Origin: Candidatus Eiseniibacteriota bacterium
GTDB taxonomy: Bacteria; Eisenbacteria; RBG-16-71-46; CAIMUX01; VGJL01
DNA: 64,000 nucleotides
NCBI GenBank assembly: GCA_963792585.1
Contig: CAWBWI010000003.1
Coordinates: forward strand, 768,001-832,000
Reading direction: 5' to 3'
Position 1 is the stretch's first letter. Each line of letters starts with the position of its first letter. Below the pieces are notes generated by a model that saw only the letters and a program-made list of their open reading frames with translations, made no database searches and had not been told where the DNA came from. Of this stretch, positions 39,159 through 48,720 are shown one piece after another. A program made the translations under genes and the position numbers.

Positions 39159-39794
39159 ATGTTTACTACCCGTGCGCTGATGGAAGCAAGGGGACCGATT
39201 CTGGTCCTGGCGTTCCTCGTCGTGGCGGGCGCCTTCTGGTGCTGGCCGGCTGCAGCGATTCCGGGGGTCCTGCTGGCGGCCGTCATCGCCTTCTTTCGCG
39301 ATCCTCATCGGTCGATTCCCGCCGATTTCAGGGCCATCGTCGCGCCGGCCGACGGGAAGGTGGTCGACGTCTCATACCAGCGTGAAGATCTCTTCTTCGA
39401 ATCGGAGACCACGCGGATCTCGATCTTTCTATCCGTGTTCGACGTGCATGTCCAGCGTGCGCCGATCGCCGGGGAGATCAGACTCATCCGTCGATCGACC
39501 GGCGGCTATCTCGACGCGCGGGATCCCCGATCCTCCGTGGCCAATGTGAGCCGGACGATCGGGATCGAGACACCCGACGGATTCCGGGTCGTGGTCCGCC
39601 AGGTGGCGGGGATGATCGCCCGGAGGATCGTCGGTTGGGAAGAGACGGGAGCGGTATTGGCAAAGGGACAGAGACTCGGCATGATCCGTTTCGGCTCCCG
39701 GGTCGAGCTCTACCTGCCCCCGGGAACCGAGGTCGTGGTGAAACCGGGCGAGACCGTGAGGGGAGGCGAGACCGTCCTTGCGCAAAGACGATAG
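39159..39794 (+). CDS. psd: Phosphatidylserine decarboxylase proenzyme
   Basis: FFRDPHR, APADGKV, SIFLSVFDVH, QVAGMIARRI, GMIRFGSRV (GS cleavage site). Confidence 0.93.
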   Translation: MFTTRALMEARGPILVLAFLVVAGAFWCWPAAAIPGVLLAAVIAFFRDPHRSIPADFRAIVAPADGKVVDVSYQREDLFFESETTRISIFLSVFDVHVQRAPIAGEIRLIRRSTGGYLDARDPRSSVANVSRTIGIETPDGFRVVVRQVAGMIARRIVGWEETGAVLAKGQRLGMIRFGSRVELYLPPGTEVVVKPGETVRGGETVLAQRR

Positions 39795-40611
39795 GGCGTC
39801 CACGAACGGGAGCCCCGATCTCGGTTCCTCTGCGAACGGCGAGTCCAGGAAGGAGGACGGGAGGAAGTTTCCGATCATTCTCCTTCCGAACCTGCTGACG
39901 GCCGGCAACCTCACCTGCGGCTTCCTGGCGATGACCTGGATCTTCCGCTACCAGAGCGGCGACTTCGGCCCGATCCACATGGCGATCCGCTATATCCTGG
40001 CCGCATTCGTCTTCGATTTCTTCGACGGCCTGCTCGCGCGCGCGGTCGGCCACACGTCTCCGTTCGGCAGCGAATTCGATTCGCTCTCCGACATGGTGAG
40101 CTTCGGAGTGGTGCCCGCATTCCTGGTCTACCGGATCGTTCTGGAGGATTTCCAGCATCTCGGCATTCTGGTCGCCGCGGCATATCTCGCGTGCAGCGCC
40201 GTCCGCCTCGCGCGGTTCAACGTGCTCGCCCAGCGCAAGTGCGTCGACATCGAGGACGAGTTCGTCGGCTTCCCCATCCCCACGGCGGCCGGCCTCGTCG
40301 TGAGCATGACCCTCTTCATGATGTGGATGACCGGGCAGAACCACTCGTTCGGGAAGTGGCAGATCGTCCTCCCGATTCTGATGCTCGTGGTCGGGGTCCT
40401 GATGGTCAGCACGATCCGCTACCCGGCCTTCAAGCACGTCGAGTGGACGGCGACCCGCTCGGCGCTGGCCTTCTCCGTCGGCGTGACGGTGATCATCCTC
40501 CTTGCCATCCACTTCAACGTGACCCTCGCCGGAATCTTCCTTTCCTACATGCTCTTCGGTCTCGTGCGCCACGTGGTTCGACTCGCCCGCAAGCCGGGCA
40601 TGGCCGCCTAG
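39778..40611 (+). CDS. pssA: CDP-diacylglycerol--serine O-phosphatidyltransferase
   Basis: LPNLLTAGNL, DFFDGLLAR...SPFGSEFDSLSDMVSFGVVPA, RLARFN, FVGFPIP. Confidence 0.92.
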   Translation: MRKDDRASTNGSPDLGSSANGESRKEDGRKFPIILLPNLLTAGNLTCGFLAMTWIFRYQSGDFGPIHMAIRYILAAFVFDFFDGLLARAVGHTSPFGSEFDSLSDMVSFGVVPAFLVYRIVLEDFQHLGILVAAAYLACSAVRLARFNVLAQRKCVDIEDEFVGFPIPTAAGLVVSMTLFMMWMTGQNHSFGKWQIVLPILMLVVGVLMVSTIRYPAFKHVEWTATRSALAFSVGVTVIILLAIHFNVTLAGIFLSYMLFGLVRHVVRLARKPGMAA

Positions 40612-40630
40612 GCGGGCAGCGGAGAGGCCG

Positions 40631-41272
40631 GTGTTCCTCGCCGCGAGCGTGCTCGCCGGGTTGGTCTTCGGCTTCGTCGCGTGCGTGCCGATCGGACCGG
40701 TGAACATCACCGTCGTTCATCAGGCGCTGCGGCGGGGAGTGCGGACCGGGTTCCTCACGGGCCTCGGGGCGATCTGCGGGGAGACGGTCTACGCGGGAAT
40801 CGCGCTCGCGGGCCATGCGCGTCTGCCGCAGAATCCCACGATCCTCCTGATCGTCCGGATCTTCGCGGTGGGCGTGGTGGTCACCCTCGGGATCCGGAAC
40901 CTGCGGCATCGTCCCGACGTGGAAGAGTCCGAGAGGATCGCCGAGAAACTCGACGTGCGCTACCACCATCCGCGCGCGCTGTTGCTCGGGTTCCTGATGA
41001 CCATCACGAACCCGGGTCTCTTCATTCTGTGGGCGACGCTCGCCGCCTTCCTCTTCGCGAACGGATGGGTCGATCCGAACTTGCCGAGCCGTGCGGCCTG
41101 CATCGGGGGCGTGTTCTCGGGCGGACTCCTGTGGTATCTCAGCCTCGCGACGGTGGTCGGTCGCGCTCACCGGAGCGTCCGGCCGGAGACGATCAACTTC
41201 CTCATCAGACTATGCGGTGTCGTCTATCTGCTGGTCGCCGTGGTGTTGATCTACAAGATCTTCAGACCATAG
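40631..41272 (+). CDS. LysE family translocator
   Basis: PIGPVN...GFLTGLG; GFLMTITNP. Confidence 0.88.
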   Translation: MFLAASVLAGLVFGFVACVPIGPVNITVVHQALRRGVRTGFLTGLGAICGETVYAGIALAGHARLPQNPTILLIVRIFAVGVVVTLGIRNLRHRPDVEESERIAEKLDVRYHHPRALLLGFLMTITNPGLFILWATLAAFLFANGWVDPNLPSRAACIGGVFSGGLLWYLSLATVVGRAHRSVRPETINFLIRLCGVVYLLVAVVLIYKIFRP

Positions 41273-41279
41273 CGGGTGG

Positions 41280-43286
41280 TCAGCGAAGGGTGGGGGGCAT
41301 CACGGCGCCGGGGAGAGCGCCCGACCGGCGAAGATCGTCCCGAACCCGGGGCGCCTCCGGGGCGTTCGGATCGATCTCGATGAAGCGCATCCAGGCGCGG
41401 CGGGCGTCGTCGATCCGGCCGGCGCGCGCATAGGCGTCGCCGAGGAAGAGGCGCGCCTCGCCGTCGTTCGGCGCGCGTCCCGCATAGTCGTTCAGCAGGC
41501 GAATCCCCTCGACGGGGTCGCCGACCTCGGTCTCGAGATAGCCGAGCGGCTTCTCACGATCCCATCGGGACGGTTCCGCGGCCAGAGCGCCGCGGTAGGC
41601 TTCCTTCGCGCCGACATAGTCGTCGGCCGCGACGCGCATCAGGGCGAGCTTTTCCCAGAGGAATGCGACCTCGCGGTCGTCGGCGTAGGTCTGTGGGGCG
41701 AGCCGCGCGAGGACGCGGGCGCGTTCCTGCATCTGCAGCGCGGGATCGGCGATGACACTCAAGTTCGAGCTGAGCCGGTAGTGGCTCCCTCCGTAGTAGG
41801 TGCGGTGGAGCCAGATCCCCATCTCCTCCACGCGATGATAGGCGCGCTCGCGGCTCGCGTTGACGCCGAAGATCGTCGCGGTCGCGAGCCCGAGGAAGAC
41901 GATCCCCGGGACGAGCGCGCGCGGCGGTTGCGGCGCCTTCGACACCATGAAGACGGCCGTGTAGAGGATCGGCGGGGAGATGACGCACATCAGGTCCCAG
42001 TCGAACGGAAACCCGATGGCCGGGTTCAGGATGAAATCGTGCAGGAGCGCAAAGCCTATCGATGGAAGGAGGATGATCGAGCCTGCGGTCCGCGAGATCC
42101 CGGCGGGCCGCGGTGGGGTCGCATCCGGCGGATCGATCGTGCCGCGTAGGATCGTCACGATGCGCGGGATCGTCGTGGCACACGCGGCGATGGCGAAGAT
42201 GGCCGCGGGCGAGGCGACGCTGAAGATGGCGCCGAAGCAGTCGAGGAGATGGGCGCCGGAGAATAGCGCATAGCGCAGGTAGGGAAGGCCGACGCAGGAC
42301 GTCGTCAGCGGGAGGAACACCTGGCGCGGCTCCGGACGTCCTCCGGAGTAGATGTAGTCGTAGCAGCGGGCGCCGATTGCCATGTAGACCACCGCGATCC
42401 CCGCGACCGCGGCGAGCATGCCGATCCACGCCATACGTTGCGGGAACCATGGACGCAGGCGCGGGCGGCTCGATGCGAGGTCGGTGCCGATCCAGAGCAG
42501 CAGCGTGGGGAGCAGCACGAGCGCCTGGCTGTGGAAGAAGACGGCGAGGGCGAACCAGACGATCGCGCGGGCGCGCCGGCCGCGCGAGGGGGTTGCGAGC
42601 AGGGCGCCGACGACCTCCATCAGGAAGAGGCACTCGAAGAGCCGGACGACGGTGTAATTCTCGACGTGTCCGAAGAAGAGCTGCGTCGCGCCGTCGGTCA
42701 CGCCGAGCCAGAGGATGGCGGCGCGCGCCCACGTACCCGCTGCGGGAAGCGTGGCGGCGAATCGGGAGTGGGCGGCGACGAAGATCCCGCCGCAGAGGAT
42801 CGAGACGAGCATGATGCTTCGTTCGAAGGAGGTCCCGAGGAGGCGCGTGACCAGCTCGTGGAGCACGAAGGAGGCGGAGCCGCGCGCTTCCAGGCTGAAG
42901 GTGAGCATGCGGCGGACGTGGATCGCGAGATTGGAGGCGCGATAGTCATCGAGGATGTAGCGGCTGTCGCCGTAGATCCGCGTCGCGATGGGGAAGGAGG
43001 CGAAGAGCGCCAGGGCCGCCGCGCCAAGGACGACGGCGGTCACGACCGGCCGTCGCGCCATGGCTCCGCCGATTCCTTCCGCGCCCCGTTCGAGTCCGGC
43101 TCGAAACCTGGGCAGCCAGGCCGCGACCCCGATCGCGATCACGAGCGTGGACCAGATCGGGCTCGTCCGACCGAGGTGATCCCATCCCCAGGACCAGCCG
43201 AACGATCGGAAGGCTCCCACGACGAACGGCGCGGCCAAGGCCAGGAAGACCAGGGGCGCGACCATCGAACGGCGCTGTGGCGGCAT
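41280..43286 (-). CDS. Multi-pass membrane protein (GT-C-like) with C-terminal TPRs
   Basis: Many TM segments, FFGHVENY and DWDL motifs, TPR tail (EARLFLGDAYARAG...PNAPEA). Confidence 0.6.
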   Translation of the reverse strand: MPPQRRSMVAPLVFLALAAPFVVGAFRSFGWSWGWDHLGRTSPIWSTLVIAIGVAAWLPRFRAGLERGAEGIGGAMARRPVVTAVVLGAAALALFASFPIATRIYGDSRYILDDYRASNLAIHVRRMLTFSLEARGSASFVLHELVTRLLGTSFERSIMLVSILCGGIFVAAHSRFAATLPAAGTWARAAILWLGVTDGATQLFFGHVENYTVVRLFECLFLMEVVGALLATPSRGRRARAIVWFALAVFFHSQALVLLPTLLLWIGTDLASSRPRLRPWFPQRMAWIGMLAAVAGIAVVYMAIGARCYDYIYSGGRPEPRQVFLPLTTSCVGLPYLRYALFSGAHLLDCFGAIFSVASPAAIFAIAACATTIPRIVTILRGTIDPPDATPPRPAGISRTAGSIILLPSIGFALLHDFILNPAIGFPFDWDLMCVISPPILYTAVFMVSKAPQPPRALVPGIVFLGLATATIFGVNASRERAYHRVEEMGIWLHRTYYGGSHYRLSSNLSVIADPALQMQERARVLARLAPQTYADDREVAFLWEKLALMRVAADDYVGAKEAYRGALAAEPSRWDREKPLGYLETEVGDPVEGIRLLNDYAGRAPNDGEARLFLGDAYARAGRIDDARRAWMRFIEIDPNAPEAPRVRDDLRRSGALPGAVMPPTLR

Positions 43287-43372
43287 GCATCTTCTCTACC
43301 AGGCGGGGACGTTGGGGGCAAACACCTTCGCCGGCTTGACCATGCCTCCGGCCGGCGGCTAGGCTGTTTGGA

Positions 43373-43666
43373 ATGATTCGAAGCAAGCTATGGACGAGCC
43401 TGCCGGCGCTTCTTGTCTGCATTCTGCTGCTGTTGGCCGGGGGCCTGGAGACGCTCGAGCGGCACGACCACGCCTCGCTCGCGCCGGGCCACGACTGTCC
43501 CGCCTGCCGACTGGCCGGCGCGCCCGCCGACCTGCCCGTGCCGGACGGTGCGGGGGTCGGGGTCCGGCCTCCGGGGCATGGCTCCGTCCTGCCCGTCCTC
43601 GACCCATGCGCTCCCGAAGCGCCCTGCTGCGTCGTTCTCCATCTCAGAGGCCCTCCCCTCTCCTAG
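43373..43666 (+). CDS. DUF2946-like leader peptide (CxxC plus RGPP)
   Basis: N-terminal TM, HDH..HDCPAC, C-terminal HLRGPPLS*; directly upstream of metal-uptake genes. Confidence 0.75.
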   Translation: MIRSKLWTSLPALLVCILLLLAGGLETLERHDHASLAPGHDCPACRLAGAPADLPVPDGAGVGVRPPGHGSVLPVLDPCAPEAPCCVVLHLRGPPLS

Positions 43667-43780
43667 CCGGCGAACCCCGTTCTCATCACGCGATCGCCGA
43701 CGGCACCGCAAACCGTCGGGCGCATGGAAAGCTGGGAATGACTCGCATCGCGCCGTCGCGCGTCGCGAGGGAGGATTCTC

Positions 43781-44896
43781 GTGAACCTGAGGCCAATGCT
43801 AGGCGCCGCGGGGCTGCTGCTCGCGATCGCAGCGGGCGCCCCCCGCGCCGGCGTCGTCAATCCCGACATCTCGGTCATCGGGCAGCCCGTCTTCTCGCTC
43901 ACCGACGATTCCGCATCCCCGGACCGGAATCGACCACGGCTGGACATCGGGGAGACCGAGTTCGTATTCGATTCGTACCTGAATCCCTACGCGAAGGGTT
44001 CTTTCACGCTCTCGCTCGGAGAGGAAGGGATGTCCCTCGAGGAAGGTTACTTCACCCTCGTCCGCGGTCTGCCGATCGGCCTGAATCTGAAGGGCGGGAA
44101 GTACCGCGCAGGTTTCGGAAAGCTGAATCCCGCGCACCCGCACGTCTACCCGTTCGGGGAGCGGTTCGGCGTCCTCGCCGCCTACTTGCCGGGAGAGGAA
44201 GCGTTCAACGAGACAGGGATCTCCATCTCGAAGCAGATCCCGCTCATCGGCGACGCCTCGCTCACGGCCACGGTCGACTATCTGCAGGGCGATTCGTTCC
44301 GGATCGAGCGGGAGCCGAGCGAGAGCCCGGACGATCCGATCGCGACGGGCGTCGGGGACGGCGGCGACCAGACGCGGCCCGCCATGTTGGCGCGTCTGAG
44401 CGGGTTCACGATGCTCGGCGATCAATCGGCGCTCGAGCTCGGTCTCTCGGCTGTGCATGGAACGAACAACGTCGCGGCGCGCGCACGGACGATCGTGATC
44501 GGCGCCGATGCCAAGGCAAAGCTCTGGAGGTCCGCCAACGCATATCTCGTGATCCAGGGAGAGGTCCTGCGCCTGGATCGCGAGGAGGCCTCGTGGTCCC
44601 GGGAAGCCGGATACGCGAAGGACGCGGTGAGACCGATCGGCGGCTACGTCTTCGCCGACTACAACTGGGCGCGTCGCTACAACGCGGGGGTCTCGTACGA
44701 GCATTTCCAGGAGCCAACGCCGGCCGAGAGTGCGGATCAGGCCATCGCCGCGTTCGCGGGCTATGCGCTGATGGAGGAGACCCTCGTGCTGCGGCTCGTC
44801 CTCAACCGGTTCATCCCGGAGGTGGGGGATGCGACGAACGCACTTCGCCTCCATGTCGTTTATTCGATGGGCCCGCACAAGGCCCATCAGTTCTAG
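43781..44896 (+). CDS. Outer-membrane beta-barrel associated with metal uptake
   Basis: Signal peptide, NPDISVIG, EEGYF, FGKLNPAHPH, C-terminal GPHKAHQF. Confidence 0.75.
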   Translation: MNLRPMLGAAGLLLAIAAGAPRAGVVNPDISVIGQPVFSLTDDSASPDRNRPRLDIGETEFVFDSYLNPYAKGSFTLSLGEEGMSLEEGYFTLVRGLPIGLNLKGGKYRAGFGKLNPAHPHVYPFGERFGVLAAYLPGEEAFNETGISISKQIPLIGDASLTATVDYLQGDSFRIEREPSESPDDPIATGVGDGGDQTRPAMLARLSGFTMLGDQSALELGLSAVHGTNNVAARARTIVIGADAKAKLWRSANAYLVIQGEVLRLDREEASWSREAGYAKDAVRPIGGYVFADYNWARRYNAGVSYEHFQEPTPAESADQAIAAFAGYALMEETLVLRLVLNRFIPEVGDATNALRLHVVYSMGPHKAHQF

Positions 44897-44905
44897 GAGG
44901 AAGCG

Positions 44906-45805
44906 ATGAAGAAGCTCCTGGCGAACGCAGCGCTCCTACTCTCGTCGCTCTCGATCTCATCGATTGCGCCGGCGCCCGCGTTCGCGAAGATCCACGTGGT
45001 CGCGTCGATCACGGATCTCGGGTCGATCGCAAGCGCCGTGGGCGGACCCGAGGTCGAGGTGCAGGCGATCGCACGCTCGACGGCGGACGTCCACCGCGTG
45101 GAGGTCTTGCCCTCGTACATGGTCCGTGTCGCAAGGGCCCAGCTCTACCTCAAGGTCGGGCTCGGGCTCGACGGATGGGCGAACGGATCATCGACGGCTC
45201 GCGCAACGACCAGCTCCGGATCCTCGATTGCTCCAGGGGTGTCGACGATCCTCGAGAGGCCGACCGGCAAGGTCGACGCTTCGATGGGCGACGTGCATCC
45301 CGAGGGGAATCCGCACTACTGGCTCGACCCGCGCAATGGGGCCATCGTCGCTCGGGCGATCGCGCAGGCGCTCGGGACGATCGACCCGGCGCACGCGGAG
45401 GACTTCGTCGCTCGCGCCGATGCGTTCGCAACGGCCGCGGAGGCCTCCTTCGTGCGGGGCCAGCAGGCGGTCGCCACGATGGCGCACCGCGAAATCGTCA
45501 CCTACCACGCCTCCTGGGTCTACTTCGCCAACGCCTTCGACCTCGATGTCGCGGCGACGATCGAGCCGATTCCGGGCATCCCGCCGACCGGCAGACATCT
45601 GCAGGAGCTGGTCGTCCTGATCAAGGAACACGGCATCTCGGTCATCTTCCAGGAGCCGTACTTCTCGGGAGACGCGAGCGACTTCCTGGCACGGGAGACC
45701 GGCGTTCGCGTCGCGCAGGTCTCTCCGTCTTGCGACTCGGTGGAGCCGGGAAGTTACCTCTCCCACTTCGATCGACTCTTCGACGCGCTCGAGAAGGGAG
45801 AGTGA
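44906..45805 (+). CDS. ZnuA/TroA family metal ABC substrate-binding protein
   Basis: DVHRVE, GDVHPEGNPHYWLDP, TYHASWVYF, PGIPPT; compensating frameshift pair at ~45188-45245 (alternative frame reads IIDGSRNDQLRILDCSRG). Confidence 0.9.
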   Translation: MKKLLANAALLLSSLSISSIAPAPAFAKIHVVASITDLGSIASAVGGPEVEVQAIARSTADVHRVEVLPSYMVRVARAQLYLKVGLGLDGWANGSSTARATTSSGSSIAPGVSTILERPTGKVDASMGDVHPEGNPHYWLDPRNGAIVARAIAQALGTIDPAHAEDFVARADAFATAAEASFVRGQQAVATMAHREIVTYHASWVYFANAFDLDVAATIEPIPGIPPTGRHLQELVVLIKEHGISVIFQEPYFSGDASDFLARETGVRVAQVSPSCDSVEPGSYLSHFDRLFDALEKGE

Positions 45806-45811
45806 TCCGCC

Positions 45812-46649
45812 ATGCTCCAGGCAATGAGTCTGCCGTTCTTCCGGACCGCGCTCCTCGCGAGCCTCGTGCTCGCCGGCATCCACGCCTACCTCGGATTCCA
45901 CGTCGTGCGGCGCGGGGTGATCTTCGTCGATCTGGCGCTGGCGCAGATGGCCGCGCTGGGCGTGGCCGTCGGCGTGGTGGTGGGTCTCCATGAGGATCCG
46001 CTCGCCTCTTACCTGCTTGCGCTCGGGATGACGCTGGTCGGCGCGGCGAGTTTCGCCTGGCTGCGCCGGCAGGAGCGTCGCGTGCCGCTCGAGGCGTTCA
46101 TCGGGATCGTCTTCGCGACCGCGCAGGCGCTGGTGTTCCTCGTCCTCGAGAAGTCCCCGGCGGGCCCGGAGCACCTGAAGGAGACGCTGGTGGGAACCCT
46201 ATTCACGATCGCTCCCGACAAGGTGCTGAAGACCGCCATTCTCTACGCCGTGATCGGGGGGATGCACGTCCTGCTTCGCCGTCCCTTCTTCGAGATCACG
46301 AACGATCCGCTGGGCGCGCACGCGCGCGGGCGAAAGCTTTTCGCGTGGGACTTTCTCTTCTACGCCACCTTCGGGCTGGTCGTGACCTCCTCGGTCCAGA
46401 TCGCCGGCGTTCTACTCGTGTTCGGGCTCCTCGTGATCCCGGCGGTGGCGGGTCTCATGACCACGGGCAAGGCCGGCGGGCGCCCTGGCCGTCGGCTGGA
46501 TCTTCGGTTTTCTGGCGAGCTTCGTGGGCCTCCTGGCCTCGGTCCATCTCGACGCGCCGGCGGCCCCGACGATCTTGGTGTCCCTCACGGGTTTCCTCGT
46601 CCTCCTCGGGGTCGGACAGGCCATTCGCGGGAGGCTGCGAAACGCGTAG
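45812..46649 (+). CDS. ZnuB-like metal ABC permease (apparent frameshift near 46480)
   Basis: HAYLGFHVVRRGVIFVDLALAQMAALG, SVQIAGVLLVFGLLVIPA; TM helices continue in another frame to TAG at 46649. The 945-aa ORF fusion with the next gene is an artefact. Confidence 0.85.
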
Positions 46650-46714
46650 GTTGTGATTTGACATTCAGTTCTCCCCCCATCGGGCCGATATCCGGGACGG
46701 GGGAGAAAACCAAA

Positions 46715-48649
46715 ATGAACGCACCGACCCAACGCAGTGCGCGCCTCGGCGAGCTCCTGCTCGAACTCGGCTGTCTGACCATCGAACAACTCGCCGCGAT
46801 CCGCGATCGGCAGGCCATGCAGCCGCCCGCGGAACGCGAATCGTTCGGAAGGCTGGCTGTCTCCATGGGGGTGATCTCGAATGAACGACTCGAGGTCATC
46901 CTCGACCGATGGGGGAAGCGGCTGCGCCTCGGCGAACTCCTGGTCAATCGCGGCCGCGTCACCGCCGCCCAGGTCGACGAAGCGCTCGCGCTGCAGCAGC
47001 AGAAGGGGGGCCGCTTCGGCGAGATCCTGCTCGAGATGGGGGTGATCGACGAGGAGACCCTCGCCGAGACGCTGGGGGAGCAGTTCGACCTGCCGTTCGT
47101 TCCCCTTTCCGGACTCGAGGCGAAGCCCGAACTCGCCCACTATGTGAACGATCTGTATGCGGCGCGCCATCAGGTGACGCCGATCGGGCGACTGGGGCGC
47201 CACCTCACGGTCGCGATCGCGGATCCGACCCACAGGGAAATCGCGCGCGATCTCGAGCGATCGACGGGACTCAAAGTGCGGCTCGTCATGACCACGCCAA
47301 GCGAGATCGCAGCATTCTCCCGCCAGCTGTACGAGTTCCGCGACGGCGTCTCCGTATCGACGAGGCCGACGCGATCGGCGCCGACGGCGGGCTCCGATCC
47401 GACCGTCGACGCCTCCGCACTGACCAGGGTGGTCACGAAGGCGGTCGCAGCCGGCGCACGCGACCTTCACATCGAGTCCGACGCCTACGGCGGCAAGATC
47501 CGTGTCCGCGTCGACGGCGCGCTACGGGAGCTCGAAGGCGTGGGCGCGCTCGACGGAAAGATCCCCGTCATGCTCCGTGCCCTGAAGTCTCTGGCGAGGC
47601 TGGACGCGAGCGAACACCGCAGGCCGCAGGAGGGGAGCTTCGTCATCCAGAGCGACGAGGGCGACTTCTCGCGCCCGATCAGCCTGCACGTGACCTTCCT
47701 ACCAGGCCCGCACGGAGAATCGGCGCACGTGCGCATCCTCGATCGGAAGAAGGCGAGACTGACCCTCGAAGAAGCGGGGTTGAGTCCCGCGCTCGCCATG
47801 CGTGTCGCGGCGACGCTGCGGCAGGCGCGCGGCGTCTTCCTGATCGCGGGCCCTCCCGGCAGCGGCAGACGGAGCACCCTGCGCGCGACCTTGAGCGTCC
47901 TGCGCACGCCCGAGGCCAAGATCCTCACGGCCGAGGACCCGATCGTCTTCATCCAGGATGGGGTCAGCCAGGCGAAGGTCGATCCGCGGATCGGCAACAC
48001 CTATGCCTCGTTCCTGAGAAGTTTCCTCAAGCAGGATCCCGACGCCGTCCTGCTCGACGCCCTCGAGACGCGCGACGTCTGCGAACTCGCCTTCGGCGCA
48101 GGCGGCCAGGGACCGTTGATCATCGGGACGATCCGAGCCAACAACGCGACCGACGTGGTGGCGAGGCTCGTGGAACTCGGCCTCGATGAATCGCTGATCG
48201 CGACGTCTCTCGCGGGCGTCCTCGCGCAGCGCCTGGTTCGAAGCAACTGCCCGTCCTGCACCGGCCCCTACGAGCCCCCGAGCCTCGTCCTCGATCAGTG
48301 GTTCCGCAACTCCCCGCCGTCCACGACCGCCCTGCGCGGGAACGGGTGCGAGTCATGCCGCGGATCGGGTTTTCAGGGTCGCGTCGCGGTCGCCGAGTTG
48401 TGGGTGCCCTCGGCGGAAGAGGTTCTCTGGATCCGCGGGGGGACCGAGCCGCCGATCCTGCGCGAGAGGGTTCTGGAGCGGATCCGTTGTCTCGGACAGG
48501 ATGCGTTGGAGCGGGCGATGGAAGGACGGACGACGCTGGAAGAGGCCCTCAAGGTCGTTCCCCACGGCGACGTCGTCCACACCCGCATGCGGGGACTCGA
48601 GCGGGAGAAGGAGACGCAGGCTGCCGCGCGCCTGATCCGCGCCGCGTAG
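46715..48649 (+). CDS. GspE/PilB/MshE-like protein with tandem MshEN motifs and degenerate ATPase motifs
   Basis: RLGELLL.., RLGELLVNRGRVTAAQVDEALALQ...RFGEILLEMG; DLHIES, RPQEG, TAEDP, QRLVRSNCPSC, GCESC; Walker A reads GPPGSGRRST. Confidence 0.85.
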   Translation: MNAPTQRSARLGELLLELGCLTIEQLAAIRDRQAMQPPAERESFGRLAVSMGVISNERLEVILDRWGKRLRLGELLVNRGRVTAAQVDEALALQQQKGGRFGEILLEMGVIDEETLAETLGEQFDLPFVPLSGLEAKPELAHYVNDLYAARHQVTPIGRLGRHLTVAIADPTHREIARDLERSTGLKVRLVMTTPSEIAAFSRQLYEFRDGVSVSTRPTRSAPTAGSDPTVDASALTRVVTKAVAAGARDLHIESDAYGGKIRVRVDGALRELEGVGALDGKIPVMLRALKSLARLDASEHRRPQEGSFVIQSDEGDFSRPISLHVTFLPGPHGESAHVRILDRKKARLTLEEAGLSPALAMRVAATLRQARGVFLIAGPPGSGRRSTLRATLSVLRTPEAKILTAEDPIVFIQDGVSQAKVDPRIGNTYASFLRSFLKQDPDAVLLDALETRDVCELAFGAGGQGPLIIGTIRANNATDVVARLVELGLDESLIATSLAGVLAQRLVRSNCPSCTGPYEPPSLVLDQWFRNSPPSTTALRGNGCESCRGSGFQGRVAVAELWVPSAEEVLWIRGGTEPPILRERVLERIRCLGQDALERAMEGRTTLEEALKVVPHGDVVHTRMRGLEREKETQAAARLIRAA

Positions 48650-48720
48650 GTCGCGGGCCTTACATTCGCCTTCGCCACTCTGCTAACCTCGCCCCGGAAT
48701 TCGGGCAGAAGGGGGTAGAG

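Noticed and set aside
45812..48649. 945-aa fusion of a metal permease with a GspE-like ATPase
   Set aside because: The permease TM helices continue in another frame to a stop at 46649, and the ATPase-like gene has its own RBS and ATG at 46715; a single indel near 46480 creates the fusion.
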